Assembly (NCBI GenBank): GCA_963740315.1
Contig: CAVUDP010000001.1
Span: 640,001-704,000, forward strand
Reading direction: 5' to 3'
DNA: 64,000 nucleotides
Origin: an uncultured cyanobacterium
GTDB taxonomy: Bacteria; Cyanobacteriota; Cyanobacteriia; Cyanobacteriales; Nostocaceae
Shown: positions 52,221 through 63,653 of the stretch, piece after piece
Numbering within the stretch: position 1 is the first letter of the stretch
How the letters are laid out: each line of letters starts with the position of its first letter
The notes under the pieces: model-generated
What the model was told of the DNA's origin: nothing
The model's input: only the letters and a program-made list of their open reading frames with translations
Database searches by the model: none
Made by a program: the position numbers and the translations under genes

Positions 52221-54943
52221 TTATATTTTTTCCACTTGGAAAGATTTAATATATTGTCTAATTTGTTTAAATTGAAAATTATCGGCAAGATGTCGAACTT
52301 TCGTAACGAAAGGTTGATAATTTTTATCCGAACTTTCTAAGCCATCTAATAAATTTTCTATCCCGTTAACATTTCCTCGCATAGCTAAATCAAATAGTTT
52401 TTCAATCTCTGCTACCGGAGGAACGATTATTTCTCGATCGACGATACCTTGATTAATATGTTCTTCTTTTTTTTCGTTTTTGGCATAAATCCACTCTAAT
52501 TGTAAATACTTTTGTAAAAACTTCAAAAATTCATCTATTTGTATCGGCTTTGGTAAAAATTCATCGGCACCAGCGGCGAAAGTTTGCTTAATATCATTTT
52601 CAAAGACGCTAGCAGATGAGACTATAATTGGTACCTGACTAAATTCTTGATTATTCCTAAGAATTTGCATCATTTCTAAACCATCCATTTCTGGCATAGT
52701 TATATCAGTTAAAATTAAATCAGGTTTGATGTCTTCGGCTTTTTTTAAACCCTCCTTACCATTACTTGCTTCAAAACAGCAAAAACCGATAGATTCTAAA
52801 ACATTAATCATAATTGAGCGATTTTCCCATCGATCGTCCACAATTAAAATATTAGGCTTGCTACCTTTAAAACCGACAATTTTTGTATTTATTAAATCTG
52901 AATGTTGCTGTATATCCTCCTGACTAACTTTTAAATCGGCATCGAACCAAAACTTACTACCCGAACCAGAATTACTTTCTACCTTAATTTCACTACCCAT
53001 TAACTCAGTAATTTTGCGGCTAATTGCCAATCCCAATCCCGTACCTTCTGTTTGTTTGTTTTTATCTCCTACTTGTTCAAAAGGTAAAAAGATTTTATTT
53101 AGTTGTTCCGGTGTCATTCCCACACCGCTATCGATAATTTCAAAGCGAATTTTACAATTATCTAATCCTTGTTCTATTACCCGAATAGAAAAAGTAACTC
53201 CACCTGATAACGTAAACTTAATTGCATTTCCTAATAAATTAATCAGAACTTGACGCAACCGTTTTTCATCAGCCTTAATTGCTACTGGAAGCTGTGCATC
53301 TGGTTGATAATTAAACTCAATCCCTTTTTGTTCGGCACGAATGCGACATATTTCGGCAACTCCAATTAAAAATGAAGAGAAATTGATATCGCCATTATGC
53401 AATTCTAGTTTGCGAGCTTCTATTTTTGATAAATCTAAAATATCGTTAATTAAAGTCAATAAATGGGAACCGCATTGATAAATAATCCCCACACCATCTA
53501 ATTCCGATTTGGCGATATTTTGCGATCGTTGCAATATCTGTGCGTAACCTAAAATTCCATTTAAAGGTGTTCGCAATTCATGGCTCATATTCGCTAAAAA
53601 CTCACTTTTGGCTTGAGAAGCGACATCTGCTGCAACTTTTGCTTTAACTAATTCTTTAGTTCTCTCTTCTACCTTGACTTCCAAAGTACGATTCAATTCC
53701 TGTAACTTTTCATTAGCTTGTTCCAATTGCCACTGCTTATGAAAATTACTAGCTATAATTGCCGAACTAATAAGAGCCACAAAAGGCGAAACGATAGGAA
53801 TCCACCAACCAAGCAGAAAACTTCCATAGCTGCTAATAATTAGAATTCCGACAGCAACTGATATACCTAATATGCTTAATCCCCAAAATATTCGCTTGCG
53901 TTTAAAGTTAAATTGCAGCAACTGCCAACTTACGTAACTACCAGTAAAAGACCAACATAAAATCCACAGCCATTCCGCTTTAAAGACCAGACATTTATTA
54001 TCGCCCGTCCATCTAATGCTGCGCTTAAAATTTGGCTGACTAAATGCGCGTGAATTACCACACCAGCCATGCGAACATCTTTGTTTCTCAAATTACGAGC
54101 GTAGCCGACATTATGATAGTCATTAATACTTTTGGCTGTCGTACCTATTAGCACGATACGCGATCGCACTTGTTCTTCAGATAGATTACCCGATAAAACA
54201 TCTCGCAAACTTACCGTATCAAAATTACTCTTTAAGCTGCGATAATTCAGTAATATTTGGTATCCATTTAAATCTGCACCACGGAAAGCAAACTCTTTTC
54301 CAGTTAATGAATGAGTCACCGCTTTACCGAATCGCACCGATTTTCCTTCCGCATCGCTTGCTAACTCAATACCTTTTTGTTCTAAGTACATTATGCTTAA
54401 ATAAGCCGCTAAACTCACAAAAGTCTTGCCATTTTCATCCCCCGCAAATAGCAACGCTCGTCGAATTTTACCATCTGTGTCTGACAACAAATCAGCAAGT
54501 GCAATTTGGTCGAGTTTAGACAAAGTAGGGGATGGTGCAACTTCATCCCCTAGCAGTTTTTTGATTCCAACCAAATTCGGTGTGGTTTGCATCACCGATT
54601 CTAGTTCCTGATGACCGGGTTCCACTGGTAAATCTCGATAAATATCCATCCCAATGGCTACTGGCTGGTGCTTGTTGATTTTTTTCAGAGCCTTAGCCAA
54701 AACGGCATCCGGAACGGGCCATTTACCTACTTCGGTAATGTCCTTTTCATCAATAGTGACGATTAAAATTCGCTTTTCTGGCTTTTCCAACGGACGCATA
54801 GCGAAAAAACCCTCTAAAGTTGTCCACTCTAGAAGCTGAAATAATCCTGCCGTGCTGAGTGCAATTACTGCTAACGCCACAGCAGAAGTTGTTATCGCGA
54901 CAAAACGCCATTGCCATAAAAGCGCTTTAAATGACCACATCAC
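52221..54943 (-). pseudogene. CHASE2-domain hybrid histidine kinase split by a single-base frameshift near 53980
   Basis: ORF 53930..54943 is CHASE2 (VGKWPVPDA, IGMDIYRD, GVVIHAH); the shifted frame [14 protein letters not shown] runs into ORF 52221..53921 (SHELRTPLN, receiver). Confidence 0.8.
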
Positions 54944-54951
54944 AATCCATG

Positions 54952-55668
54952 TTAATTAACTAACGGTTCTTGGGCAATTTCACTTAAGCCAGCAGAATTT
55001 AACAGTTGTTGCCAAGAATTAACAACAGCTTGGTTCGACGGTTGCGACTTTCTGAGTTGGGCGAGAGTAGAAAGCGCATCGTACCATAAACCATCAGATG
55101 CTAGTTGAGATGCTAGTTCCACAGAGGGTTTTTGGTTAAGCACATTTCTCGGTTCAACTCGTTGAATCCAACCGCTAACCAGGGGACTATCCGGTTCTAA
55201 ATCTTCACCGCAAATTATTACCAAAGAATACTGATAATTTGTGCCAGTTTTTAATGCTGGAACTGAATCAGGAAGTTTAATTTCCATTACCCCTGCTTGT
55301 TTGGGTAGCTGTAAACTTGTTTGGTAATGATGGTTGAAGTTTTCATCTTGAATGCTAAAAAATGCTGTTTGAGCAGTAGTTGCACTCACATACACCATTA
55401 TTGATGGACGTTGCTCTACTGTTAAGCCGATGTTCGATTTAGGTAACAGTTTTACAACTGATGAATTAGATTTTGAAGCTTTGCCAATAGCACAACTTTC
55501 TCCGCGAGAACCTCCTCCAGTCGAACGCGACGGAGCAGATGTTACTGGTGGCTTAAAAGTTATACCAGCTTGGGCTGGAGTTATCCACATAGGAATCAAA
55601 GACAAAGCAAGCAGACAACCGATCGCCAAAACTACGTATTTAAAAAGGGATTTGTTTTTATTAGCCAT
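54952..55668 (-). CDS. DUF928 family protein
   Basis: GGGSRG..C, LLP...GLT...P, GWIQRV and GLWYDAL...WQQLL.SAGL motifs; adjacent to CHASE2 gene. Confidence 0.85.
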   Translation of the reverse strand: MANKNKSLFKYVVLAIGCLLALSLIPMWITPAQAGITFKPPVTSAPSRSTGGGSRGESCAIGKASKSNSSVVKLLPKSNIGLTVEQRPSIMVYVSATTAQTAFFSIQDENFNHHYQTSLQLPKQAGVMEIKLPDSVPALKTGTNYQYSLVIICGEDLEPDSPLVSGWIQRVEPRNVLNQKPSVELASQLASDGLWYDALSTLAQLRKSQPSNQAVVNSWQQLLNSAGLSEIAQEPLVN

Positions 55669-55959
55669 AAAAAATGCTTGGCAAGTTATAAAAGTGTGAA
55701 AAATGCTTTTATTTTCTCATGCTTGTCTTTAGTAATTAAAGAAGCAAGAGATTATTGCCAGTTTATTAGTATTATTGCCTAATCGCCATCGGTGCGTTTG
55801 CTGATAGCAAATATTATATATAAACTTTATCTTTAGGAACGATCGCAAACATTACAGTAAAATTACGGTTTTGTTTTTGCTTCTTTTACTACTTTTTTCC
55901 TTTTCTCAAAGCATCGTGAAAAGAGTCAGAAATATTTTTTTAATCGGATAAACTATTTA

Positions 55960-56772
55960 TCAATAATCACGATTGTTAGAATCAGCTGAAGCACGAATTG
56001 ATTCGGCAACGAAAGCGACAATTGCAGATACTATTATTAAAATCACGCTTAAAGCATTAATATCTGGTTTTACACCCGTTCTGATGCGGCTAAAAATTTC
56101 CATCGGTAAAGTATTTGAACCGCTACCAGCCGTAAAACTTGCAATTAGAAAGTCATCCAAACTAAGCACAAAAGCTAACAAGCAACCAGCAACAATTCCT
56201 GGCATCAATTGCGGTAATAATACTTTAATAAAAGCTTGTATTGGTGTAGCCCCTAAATCTAATGCAGCTTCTTCTAAATGAGGATCTAAATTAGTTAATC
56301 GAGAAGAAACAACAAGAGCGATATATGCCAAACAAAATACCACATGAGCCGCAACAATAGTCCATATACTCAAACGAATTGCAAACGCTGCCAGAAAAAC
56401 CAAAGTAGCCACCGCGATCGCAATATCGGGAACGATCAACGGTAAATAAGAAATTCCTCGATATAATCCCTTTAAAGGAAACCGATAACGCGCCAAACCC
56501 ACCGCCATCAAAGTTCCTAATACCGCAGAAATACTCACAGCACTAAAAGCAACTATCAAACTATTTTGTAAAGCCGATAGAATCCGCCCATCAGTAAATA
56601 ACTTTTGGTACCATTCCCAAGTAAATCCGGACCAAGCCCCACTATAAGGCGACTGATTGAAACTATAAAAAGCAAGTACCGCGATCGGTAAATACATGAG
56701 AACATACATAAACAGCGAGAAAACTCCCTGCCATCCGATATTCAATTTTTCCTTCGGTGGAGATATATTCAC
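55960..56772 (-). CDS. potC: Spermidine/putrescine ABC transporter permease (PotC-like)
   Basis: EEAALDLGA EAA motif, FVLSLDDF, TLPMEIFS...KPDINALS. Confidence 0.85.
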   Translation of the reverse strand: MNISPPKEKLNIGWQGVFSLFMYVLMYLPIAVLAFYSFNQSPYSGAWSGFTWEWYQKLFTDGRILSALQNSLIVAFSAVSISAVLGTLMAVGLARYRFPLKGLYRGISYLPLIVPDIAIAVATLVFLAAFAIRLSIWTIVAAHVVFCLAYIALVVSSRLTNLDPHLEEAALDLGATPIQAFIKVLLPQLMPGIVAGCLLAFVLSLDDFLIASFTAGSGSNTLPMEIFSRIRTGVKPDINALSVILIIVSAIVAFVAESIRASADSNNRDY

Positions 56773-56858
56773 TCTAATTGTTATTTATAAATAAGAAGGT
56801 TTATCGGGACTTTCATAGCATTATTTGGGTTAAAAGTCAATTTTACGCTGATATCAAG

Positions 56859-57260
56859 GTTCGTAGTTAGAGCTTTAGCTCTAGTTTTGGAGGACTAAAG
56901 TCCTTACTACAAACCTATTTCCGAGTTCGTAGTTAGAGCTTTAGCTCTAGTTTTGGAGGACTAAAGTCCTTACTACAAACCTATTTCCGAGTTCGTAGTT
57001 AGAGCTTTAGCTCTAGTTTTGGAGGACTAAAGTCCTAACTACAAACCTATTTCCGAGTTCGTAGTTAGAGCTTTAGCTCTAGTTTTGGAGGACTAATTGG
57101 AGGACTAAAGTCCTTACTACAAACCTATTTCCGAGTTCGTAGTTAGAGCTTTAGCTCTAGTTTTGGAGGACTAAAGTCCTTACTACAAACCTATTTCCGA
57201 GTTCGTAGTTAGAGCTTTAGCTCTAGTTTTGGAGGACTAAAGTCCTTACTACAAACCTAT
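56859..57260. repeat. Six tandem copies of a 66-bp structured unit
   Basis: Units start at 56859, 56925, 56991, 57057, 57135 and 57201; copy 4 has a 12-bp internal duplication; copy 3 has one substitution. Confidence 0.95.
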
Positions 57261-57263
57261 TTT

Positions 57264-59156
57264 TTACAACTTCGTTCCGCATTCGGGACAAAAGTTATTT
57301 GCATTTTGATTCTTCGCACCGCAATTACCGCAATAAACTGGCTCTTGAGATGCTTTTGGTGGCTGTTTGGCTAAACCAACCATTTGGGCGTTAGTCTTTC
57401 CGGGACCAACCATTGGGTAGCAGTTTTCATCTTTGGTGACGCGAGCATTGACGACAACCGGACCGTTATGGGCAATAATTTCGGCGATCGCACTTTCAAG
57501 TTGTTCTCGCTTTTCAATTACTATGCCTTTGATGCCGTAAGCTTTACACAGCAATTCGATATCTGGCATTCCTATTTCCATATTGGAACTAGAATAACGT
57601 TCGCCGAAATACGCTTGCTGCCACTGACGCACCATTCCTTGCCAACCGTTGTTAATAATTACGGTTTTAACATTTATCCCGTATTGTGCAAGGGTTCCCA
57701 ATTCTTGCAAATTCATTTGGAAACTAGCATCGCCGCTAATACAGATAACTTGTTCGTCGGGAAATGCGACTTTTACGCCCATTGCAGCGGGAACCCCAAA
57801 ACCCATCGTTCCCAAACCAGCGCTGGAAATCCAGCGACGGGGGCCATTTTTAAGGAATTGCGCCGCCCACATTTGATGCTGTCCGACATCTGTGGTGTAG
57901 TAAGCGTAGGGTGCTTGACGAGCAATTTCGCTAATTACTTCTTGAGGTGAAATACTATCATCATGGTGCGGTACCACCAAAGGATAGTCTTTCTTCCAAC
58001 TGTTAATTAAATTCAACCATTCTTGAGTTTGGTTTGGTGCTTGCTTAATATTTCTTTCTTCGCATCGACGCAGCAATTCTGTTAAAACTCTTTTGACATC
58101 GCCAACAATCGGTACTTCCGGAATGCGGTTTTTACCAACTTCCGCCGGATCTATATCAATGTGAATTACCTTAGCGCGGGAAGCGAATTCATCCAACTTA
58201 CCCGTAACGCGATCGTCAAATCTTGCACCAACGCAAATTAATAAATCGCAATCGGTAACGGCAAAATTTGCATATGCGGTACCGTGCATCCCCAACATTG
58301 ATAAGGCAAGCGGATGATGTTCGTCAAAAGAACCGATACCCATCAATGTAGTGGTGACGGGGATCGAAAATAATTCCGCTAACTGTTGAACTTCCTCATG
58401 AGCGCCGGAAGTAATCGCGCCACCTCCTACATACAGCAAAGGACGACGGCTTTCGCGAATCAGTTGAATAGCTGCATTGATTTGTCGGGGATTTCCCTTC
58501 ACCGTCGGACGATAACCCGATAATTTCACGGAACCCGGTTCAACGGGAGTGTAATCAAATTCCTCTAACGCCACATCTTTGGGAACGTCAATTAAAACAG
58601 GCCCCGGACGACCACTAAGGGCTATATGAAAAGCTTCCGCCACAATCCGCGCCATGTCTTTAGGGTCGCGAACTACGTAGGAATGCTTGACAATCGGTAG
58701 TGTAATTCCGTAAATATCGGTTTCTTGGAACGCATCAGTACCAATCGAAGTTCGCGCCACCTGTCCGGTAACAACAACCATCGGTACCGAATCCATATGA
58801 GCGGTAGCAATGCCGGTAACTAAATTAGTTGCACCGGGGCCAGAAGTAGCAAAACAAACACCAACTTTACCACTAGCGCGGGCGTAACCATCGGCAGCAT
58901 GGGAGGCACCTTGTTCGTGTCGAACTAGAATGTGCTTGATGCCACCATTCGCTTCATCTCTATATAGATCGTCATAAATCGGTAAAATAGCACCACCGGG
59001 ATAGCCAAAGATATGCTCAACCCCATGACGCTTCAAGCTATCAATTAACGCAAAACCACCAGAAGCACGTTTTGGAAAAGTATTTGATTCGGTAAGAGTT
59101 GTTTGGGAAGAGGTAGATTCAATTTGTGGAACGCTGATTTGGGAAGGGGAAGACAC
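57264..59156 (-). CDS. ilvB: Acetolactate synthase large subunit
   Basis: [33 protein letters not shown] ThDP motif; C-terminal zinc ribbon. Confidence 0.96.
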   Translation of the reverse strand: MSSPSQISVPQIESTSSQTTLTESNTFPKRASGGFALIDSLKRHGVEHIFGYPGGAILPIYDDLYRDEANGGIKHILVRHEQGASHAADGYARASGKVGVCFATSGPGATNLVTGIATAHMDSVPMVVVTGQVARTSIGTDAFQETDIYGITLPIVKHSYVVRDPKDMARIVAEAFHIALSGRPGPVLIDVPKDVALEEFDYTPVEPGSVKLSGYRPTVKGNPRQINAAIQLIRESRRPLLYVGGGAITSGAHEEVQQLAELFSIPVTTTLMGIGSFDEHHPLALSMLGMHGTAYANFAVTDCDLLICVGARFDDRVTGKLDEFASRAKVIHIDIDPAEVGKNRIPEVPIVGDVKRVLTELLRRCEERNIKQAPNQTQEWLNLINSWKKDYPLVVPHHDDSISPQEVISEIARQAPYAYYTTDVGQHQMWAAQFLKNGPRRWISSAGLGTMGFGVPAAMGVKVAFPDEQVICISGDASFQMNLQELGTLAQYGINVKTVIINNGWQGMVRQWQQAYFGERYSSSNMEIGMPDIELLCKAYGIKGIVIEKREQLESAIAEIIAHNGPVVVNARVTKDENCYPMVGPGKTNAQMVGLAKQPPKASQEPVYCGNCGAKNQNANNFCPECGTKL

Positions 59157-59478
59157 GGCAAACCTCAGTTGTTAGCTACTTAACGTAAAAACGTCAAAAA
59201 AATCTGTATGTAGTTGAAACTTCATTTTAATACCCTATGCACAAATTTAGAAATAAGTCTATTGTCAAGGGGTGCCTAAACCGTAACAAAGCCGTTTATC
59301 TGTTAAGATGTCTTATCTAGAAGAGTTGCGGCTTACATGATGACGATTGAGGAAAAGTTGTAGGGGAGCGTTTTTAATTTGAAGTTTAATTTAAAGCAAG
59401 ATTCAATTATTGATTTTCACATTTGAAGGTAGCTTAAGCAATCTTAATATTTAGCGTTATTACCTTAAATTGAAAAGA

Positions 59479-59550
59479 ACCTAACCCCCCAGCCCCCTTC
59501 CCAAAAGCGGGAATGGGGAGAATTCAAAGCCTCTCTCCGATGCTGAGAGG
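59479..59550. repeat. REP-like element CCTAACCCCCCAGCCCCCTT... (second copy at 62442-62526 inside the caspase gene)
   Basis: Near-identical shared sequence including GGGAATGGGGAGAATTCAAAGCCTCTC. Confidence 0.8.
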
Positions 59551-59842
59551 TTTTGCGTGGCTGAGTAATAGCATCTCTCTTTATCTCTTTCCTCTGCGCT
59601 CTCTCTGCGGTTTTTTAATCGGTAATCATAGAGCCGGGAAGGGATTAACTAAAATATCTTGCTCGCTAGGTTGTAACTGACATCTTGCATCAGTTGCAAT
59701 AATCGCCTTGGAATAAATTCCCAGGCTTAAAAACAAAGTCTACTTAAGTAGACTGTTAGAAAAAATCTAGTTGTTATGAGAGAAAAAAATAAAGGCTAAA
59801 TTTTTGACACTCCCCATCAATAAATTGAAGGGGATTCTAGTT

Positions 59843-61021
59843 TCACTGTCGTTGCTTACTTTTACAGGTATTGCTACCAATAGAAGCAGAGGCTACAACT
59901 CCACTAGCGTTAGTTTGGGGATGCCCTCCCCTACCGTTTACACGACTTAAAATTACTTTAGCAGCATTAATATCACGTTGCTCGGTGTGTCCGCAGCTTG
60001 AGCAAAAATGTGTCCGGGTGCTTAAACTTTTTTGAGTTCTAATACCGCAGTTACTACATTCTTGAGATGTATAGTGTGGTGCTACTGCAATTACCTGCCG
60101 ACCAAACTTGCTACCAAAATATTCGAGCCACTGGCGGAAAAGGTACCAAGATGCATCAACAATACTCTTAGCCAGCTTGTGGTTTCTTACCAAGCCACTT
60201 ACATTTAAGTCTTCCAAGACAACCATAGCGTTAGCCAGGGTTAAGTTACGCGCAAGTCGTTTTGCGTGTTCATTCCTTTGTCTTGTTACTCTCAAATGCT
60301 TACGGGCATAAACACCACGCGCTTTTCTTCTGCCAGATGACCCCTTCTTTTTTTTATAAATCTTGCGTTGAGAACGTTTTATATCTTTCTCAGCTTTACG
60401 TAAAAATCTGGGATTCTCTTCATGATTGCCGTTGCTATCTGAATAAAAATACTCTAAACCAACATCAATACCAACTTCGTTACTGGTTTGAGGTACGGCT
60501 ACAGTATTATCAACCTTCACGCAAAACTGAACATAAAAACCATCGGCACGTTTAACTATACGCACCCGTTTTATCAGTTTTTCATCAAAGGTGTGGATGC
60601 CCCATTTACCTAAAAGTTTTAACTCCCCAATACCTTTTTTATCGGTAAAAGTTATACGTCTTTTAGTTGAATGCAATTTCCACCCAGATTGCTTGTATTC
60701 AACTGAACGGCTATGTTTCTTGAAACGCGGATATCCTTTTTTACCAGGTTTACCTTTCTTGCAGTTATCAAAGAAACGATTAATAGCACGTTCTACATTT
60801 TCTACAGATGCTTGGCAAGCATGGCTATTTAAGTCCTTTACAAACTTAAATTCATTTCTTATCTGAGTGTTGTAACGATAAAGCTCTTTTTTGCCCACGC
60901 CGCGATTATCTGTCCAATAACGCAAAACTTTATTTCGGACAAATTGAGATGTCCGTATAGCTTCGTTTATTGCCGTTTGTTGGGCTTTATTCGTTACTGC
61001 TTTATATTCCATTACAAGCAC
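59843..61021 (-). CDS. tnpB: TnpB RNA-guided endonuclease
   Basis: RuvC residues GIDVG, LEDL and RDINAA intact; zinc finger CSNC...CSSC. Confidence 0.95.
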   Translation of the reverse strand: MLVMEYKAVTNKAQQTAINEAIRTSQFVRNKVLRYWTDNRGVGKKELYRYNTQIRNEFKFVKDLNSHACQASVENVERAINRFFDNCKKGKPGKKGYPRFKKHSRSVEYKQSGWKLHSTKRRITFTDKKGIGELKLLGKWGIHTFDEKLIKRVRIVKRADGFYVQFCVKVDNTVAVPQTSNEVGIDVGLEYFYSDSNGNHEENPRFLRKAEKDIKRSQRKIYKKKKGSSGRRKARGVYARKHLRVTRQRNEHAKRLARNLTLANAMVVLEDLNVSGLVRNHKLAKSIVDASWYLFRQWLEYFGSKFGRQVIAVAPHYTSQECSNCGIRTQKSLSTRTHFCSSCGHTEQRDINAAKVILSRVNGRGGHPQTNASGVVASASIGSNTCKSKQRQ

Positions 61022-61098
61022 TCTTGCATCACCTCCTTGTTATTTTGCTCGCTTCTATATATTATATACGTATTATCTATATAATTACAACTAAAATA

Positions 61099-61494
61099 AT
61101 GAACAAGTTTAAATCAAACAAAAATATTGTTTACTCCTGTAAGTATCATGTTGTTTGGTGTCCCAAATATCGCCGTCCAGTACTAGTTGATGAGGTGGAG
61201 AAGCGACTTAAAGAGTTGTTGTTTGAGATTGCAGAAAAAGTTCAAGTAGAAATAATCGAGCTTGAAACGATGCCCGACCATGTTCATGTTTTATTTGAAT
61301 GCGACCCTCAGTTTGGAGTTCACAAAGTAGTTAAAAGGTTTAAAGGAGCAACAAGTCGGTATTTACGGCAAGAATTTCCACATTTGAAAAGTCGTATTCC
61401 TACTTTGTGGACTAACTCTTACTTTGTCTCGACTGTTGGTGGCGCTCCGTTGGAAGTAGTAAAACAATATGTAGCTAACCAGAAAGAAGTTTGA
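61099..61494 (+). CDS. tnpA: IS200-type Y1 transposase
   Basis: YHVVWCPKYR, PDHVH HUH motif, LWTNSYF, YVANQ catalytic Tyr; start at MNKFKS. Confidence 0.95.
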   Translation: MNKFKSNKNIVYSCKYHVVWCPKYRRPVLVDEVEKRLKELLFEIAEKVQVEIIELETMPDHVHVLFECDPQFGVHKVVKRFKGATSRYLRQEFPHLKSRIPTLWTNSYFVSTVGGAPLEVVKQYVANQKEV

Positions 61495-61565
61495 CGGACA
61501 ATAAATTGTCCTACGGGCTAACCCCATAAATAGAATTTAGGGGCTTGCGCCCTATGGGTTTCCGG

Positions 61566-63628
61566 TCAAGAGCGAAGAATCTTAGAAGAAGCACTACACA
61601 CAACCCTTAGTCCAAAAATGTCGCAAGGCTCGTCGTCGGGATCGTGGTAGCTGCGGTACGCAGAACGGCACCTACCAGGATAGTCAAACCACGAACCACC
61701 GCGCACCACTTTATCAGAACAATTATCATTATCTACCCATGCACTACCATCTGTGGGCGCTCTATCATAGCTATCATGCCAATAATCAAGACACAATTGC
61801 TCAATGTTCCCGTGCATATCGTATAACCCAAAAGAGTTAGGCGGAAACATGTCTACATCTGTAGTTTGTTCGCGATATTTACCCTTTGGTCCGTAACCGT
61901 AATTGCCTGGGTATAGTTTCCCTTTATAATTAGAATCTGTCCCCCGATAATTTGCTATTTCAGTAGTAATTGTCTCGCCAAAATAAAAAGGTGTAGTAGT
62001 CCCCGCACGACAAGCATATTCCCATTCTGCTTCGCTAGGGAGACGATATTTTTTACCTGTATGCTTTGATAATCTGGCACAAAATTCAATCGCATCATGC
62101 CAGGTAACGCACTCTACAGGACGGTCATATCCTTTAAAATAAGATGGATTTTCTTCTAAATCGCGGTTAATTTTAGGTAGAGCGGCTACTACTTCCCATT
62201 GTGCTTGGGTAACAGGGTATTTACCCATGAAGAATTCTGGAACGGTTACTTCATGCTGTGGTTTTTCGTCGTCATACCCTTCCTCTTCTGGCGAACCCAT
62301 CATAAATTTACCAGCCAGGATATACACCATATCTAAATTGACACCATCTCCTAAGTCTTCAGAAAAGTACTTGCAGGAGCGTTTTTCTCGATTAATTTCC
62401 TCACCTTGAAAGTTTACCGTTATTACGTCAAATTGGAAAGAACCTAACCCCCCAGCCCCCTTACGAGGGAATGGGGAGAATTCAAAGCCTCTCCCCTCGC
62501 AGGGGAGAGGTTTGGAGAGAGGTTTTCTTGAGTTAATGTATCTCCCCTTGAGGAAGTTACTGGCTGAGTAATTGAAATATTGGGTTTGGAATTTGTTGTA
62601 GTGCGAGCATCTTGCTCGTTAGGATTAACTAAAACATCTTGCTCGCTAGGATTAATAACAACATCTTCCCTATTACCATTAACTAAAACATCTTGCTCGC
62701 TAGGATTAATAACAACATCTTCCCTATTCCGATCGATACGTATAGCAATCCTTCCAATCGCTTCAATTGCATCCCAATCTCCACGGGAAACAGCCAAAAC
62801 CCTCACCCAAAGTTGCCTTGCTAACTCCAAATCGCTTTTAGTTTCAGCTTTATATGCTTGAAGTTTTAATGGTTCTACATCTTTGAGTGTGGCAGCTTGC
62901 TCTAATAAAATCCAGTGAATTTTATTAGGTGGATCTGCTTTCAAATAAGGATTCTGTGGCTCCTTGCCATATCTAGAATTTACTTTCGGAACGTTATGAC
63001 GTAAATATTGATCGAGACGCTCAACTGTAGCGCAATTAAACTCACCCTGTAACCGTAAACCTTCTAAAAGCGTATGGGTAAACGCACCATGCTGTAACTG
63101 ATCAATTTCCCAAGATTTTTGATTCGCAGTGCAGGAATAAAACGTAATTACTCCCTTATGTTTTTCACCAATTCCCAATCCACTGCGACTACCTTCATCG
63201 CGACAAGCATCAATTAACAAAACTACATTATCGGCACCGCAGCGACGTAATCTTTGTACAACATAGTCAACCGAGATTGCAGTTCTATCCACCGCTTGAG
63301 GGTCGCTATCCAAGAACATTAAATAATCTTGATCTTTAAATCTTGTACCATGACCAGCAAAGAAAAACCAAAGATTATCTTCTGGTTGTAATAAAGTATT
63401 TTCAAACTGAACATTTAAAAATCGCAGAAACCGAGCGTAGGTAGGTTGAGTTGCTATTGGCGGATTGCCAATCTTAGGAGAATTTTCGGTAAATAGAAAA
63501 ACTTGGTCAAATCCGGCTTCTTGCTTAAACCAATGTTTCATCACCTCAGCATCTCGTTGAGCATATTTGAGCGGTTGGAGATTATCGTAGTTGTTAATGC
63601 CAATCGCGATCGCCCAATTTTTTCCCAT
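61566..63628 (-). pseudogene. Caspase-like (C14) peptidase fused to FGE-sulfatase/C-lectin domain, frameshifted inside a REP insertion near 62460
   Basis: FAGHG and DACR dyad in 62444..63628; the shifted frame GLGSFQFDVITVN...EDLGDGVNLDMVYI joins ORF 61566..62330 (RLPSEAEWEYACRA, GLYDMHGN, RGGSW). Confidence 0.8.
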
Positions 63629-63653
63629 ATTCCGTTCCAATTATCCGCGTTTA

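Larger units (their letters stand above)
59804..61564 (-). mobile_element. IS200/IS605-family element with divergent tnpA and tnpB
   Basis: Right end on - strand ...CCCCTTCAATTTAATTGATGGGGAGTGTCAA; left-end hairpin CCCCTAAATTCTATTTATGGGG; preceded by TTGAC; no terminal IRs or target duplication. Confidence 0.88.

Noticed and set aside
56859..57260. Possible CRISPR array (66-bp period)
   Set aside because: The whole unit repeats with no unique spacers, and there are no cas genes nearby
57384..57950. 188-aa ORF antisense to ilvB
   Set aside because: Fully overlaps a conserved housekeeping gene; no motifs
59843..61021. Cas12f-like or domesticated nuclease-dead TnpB
   Set aside because: Catalytic residues intact, IS ends and tnpA present, no CRISPR array
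60970..61098. N-terminal extension of the tnpA ORF
   Set aside because: Overlaps the tnpB start and the divergent promoter region; homology begins at MNKFKS
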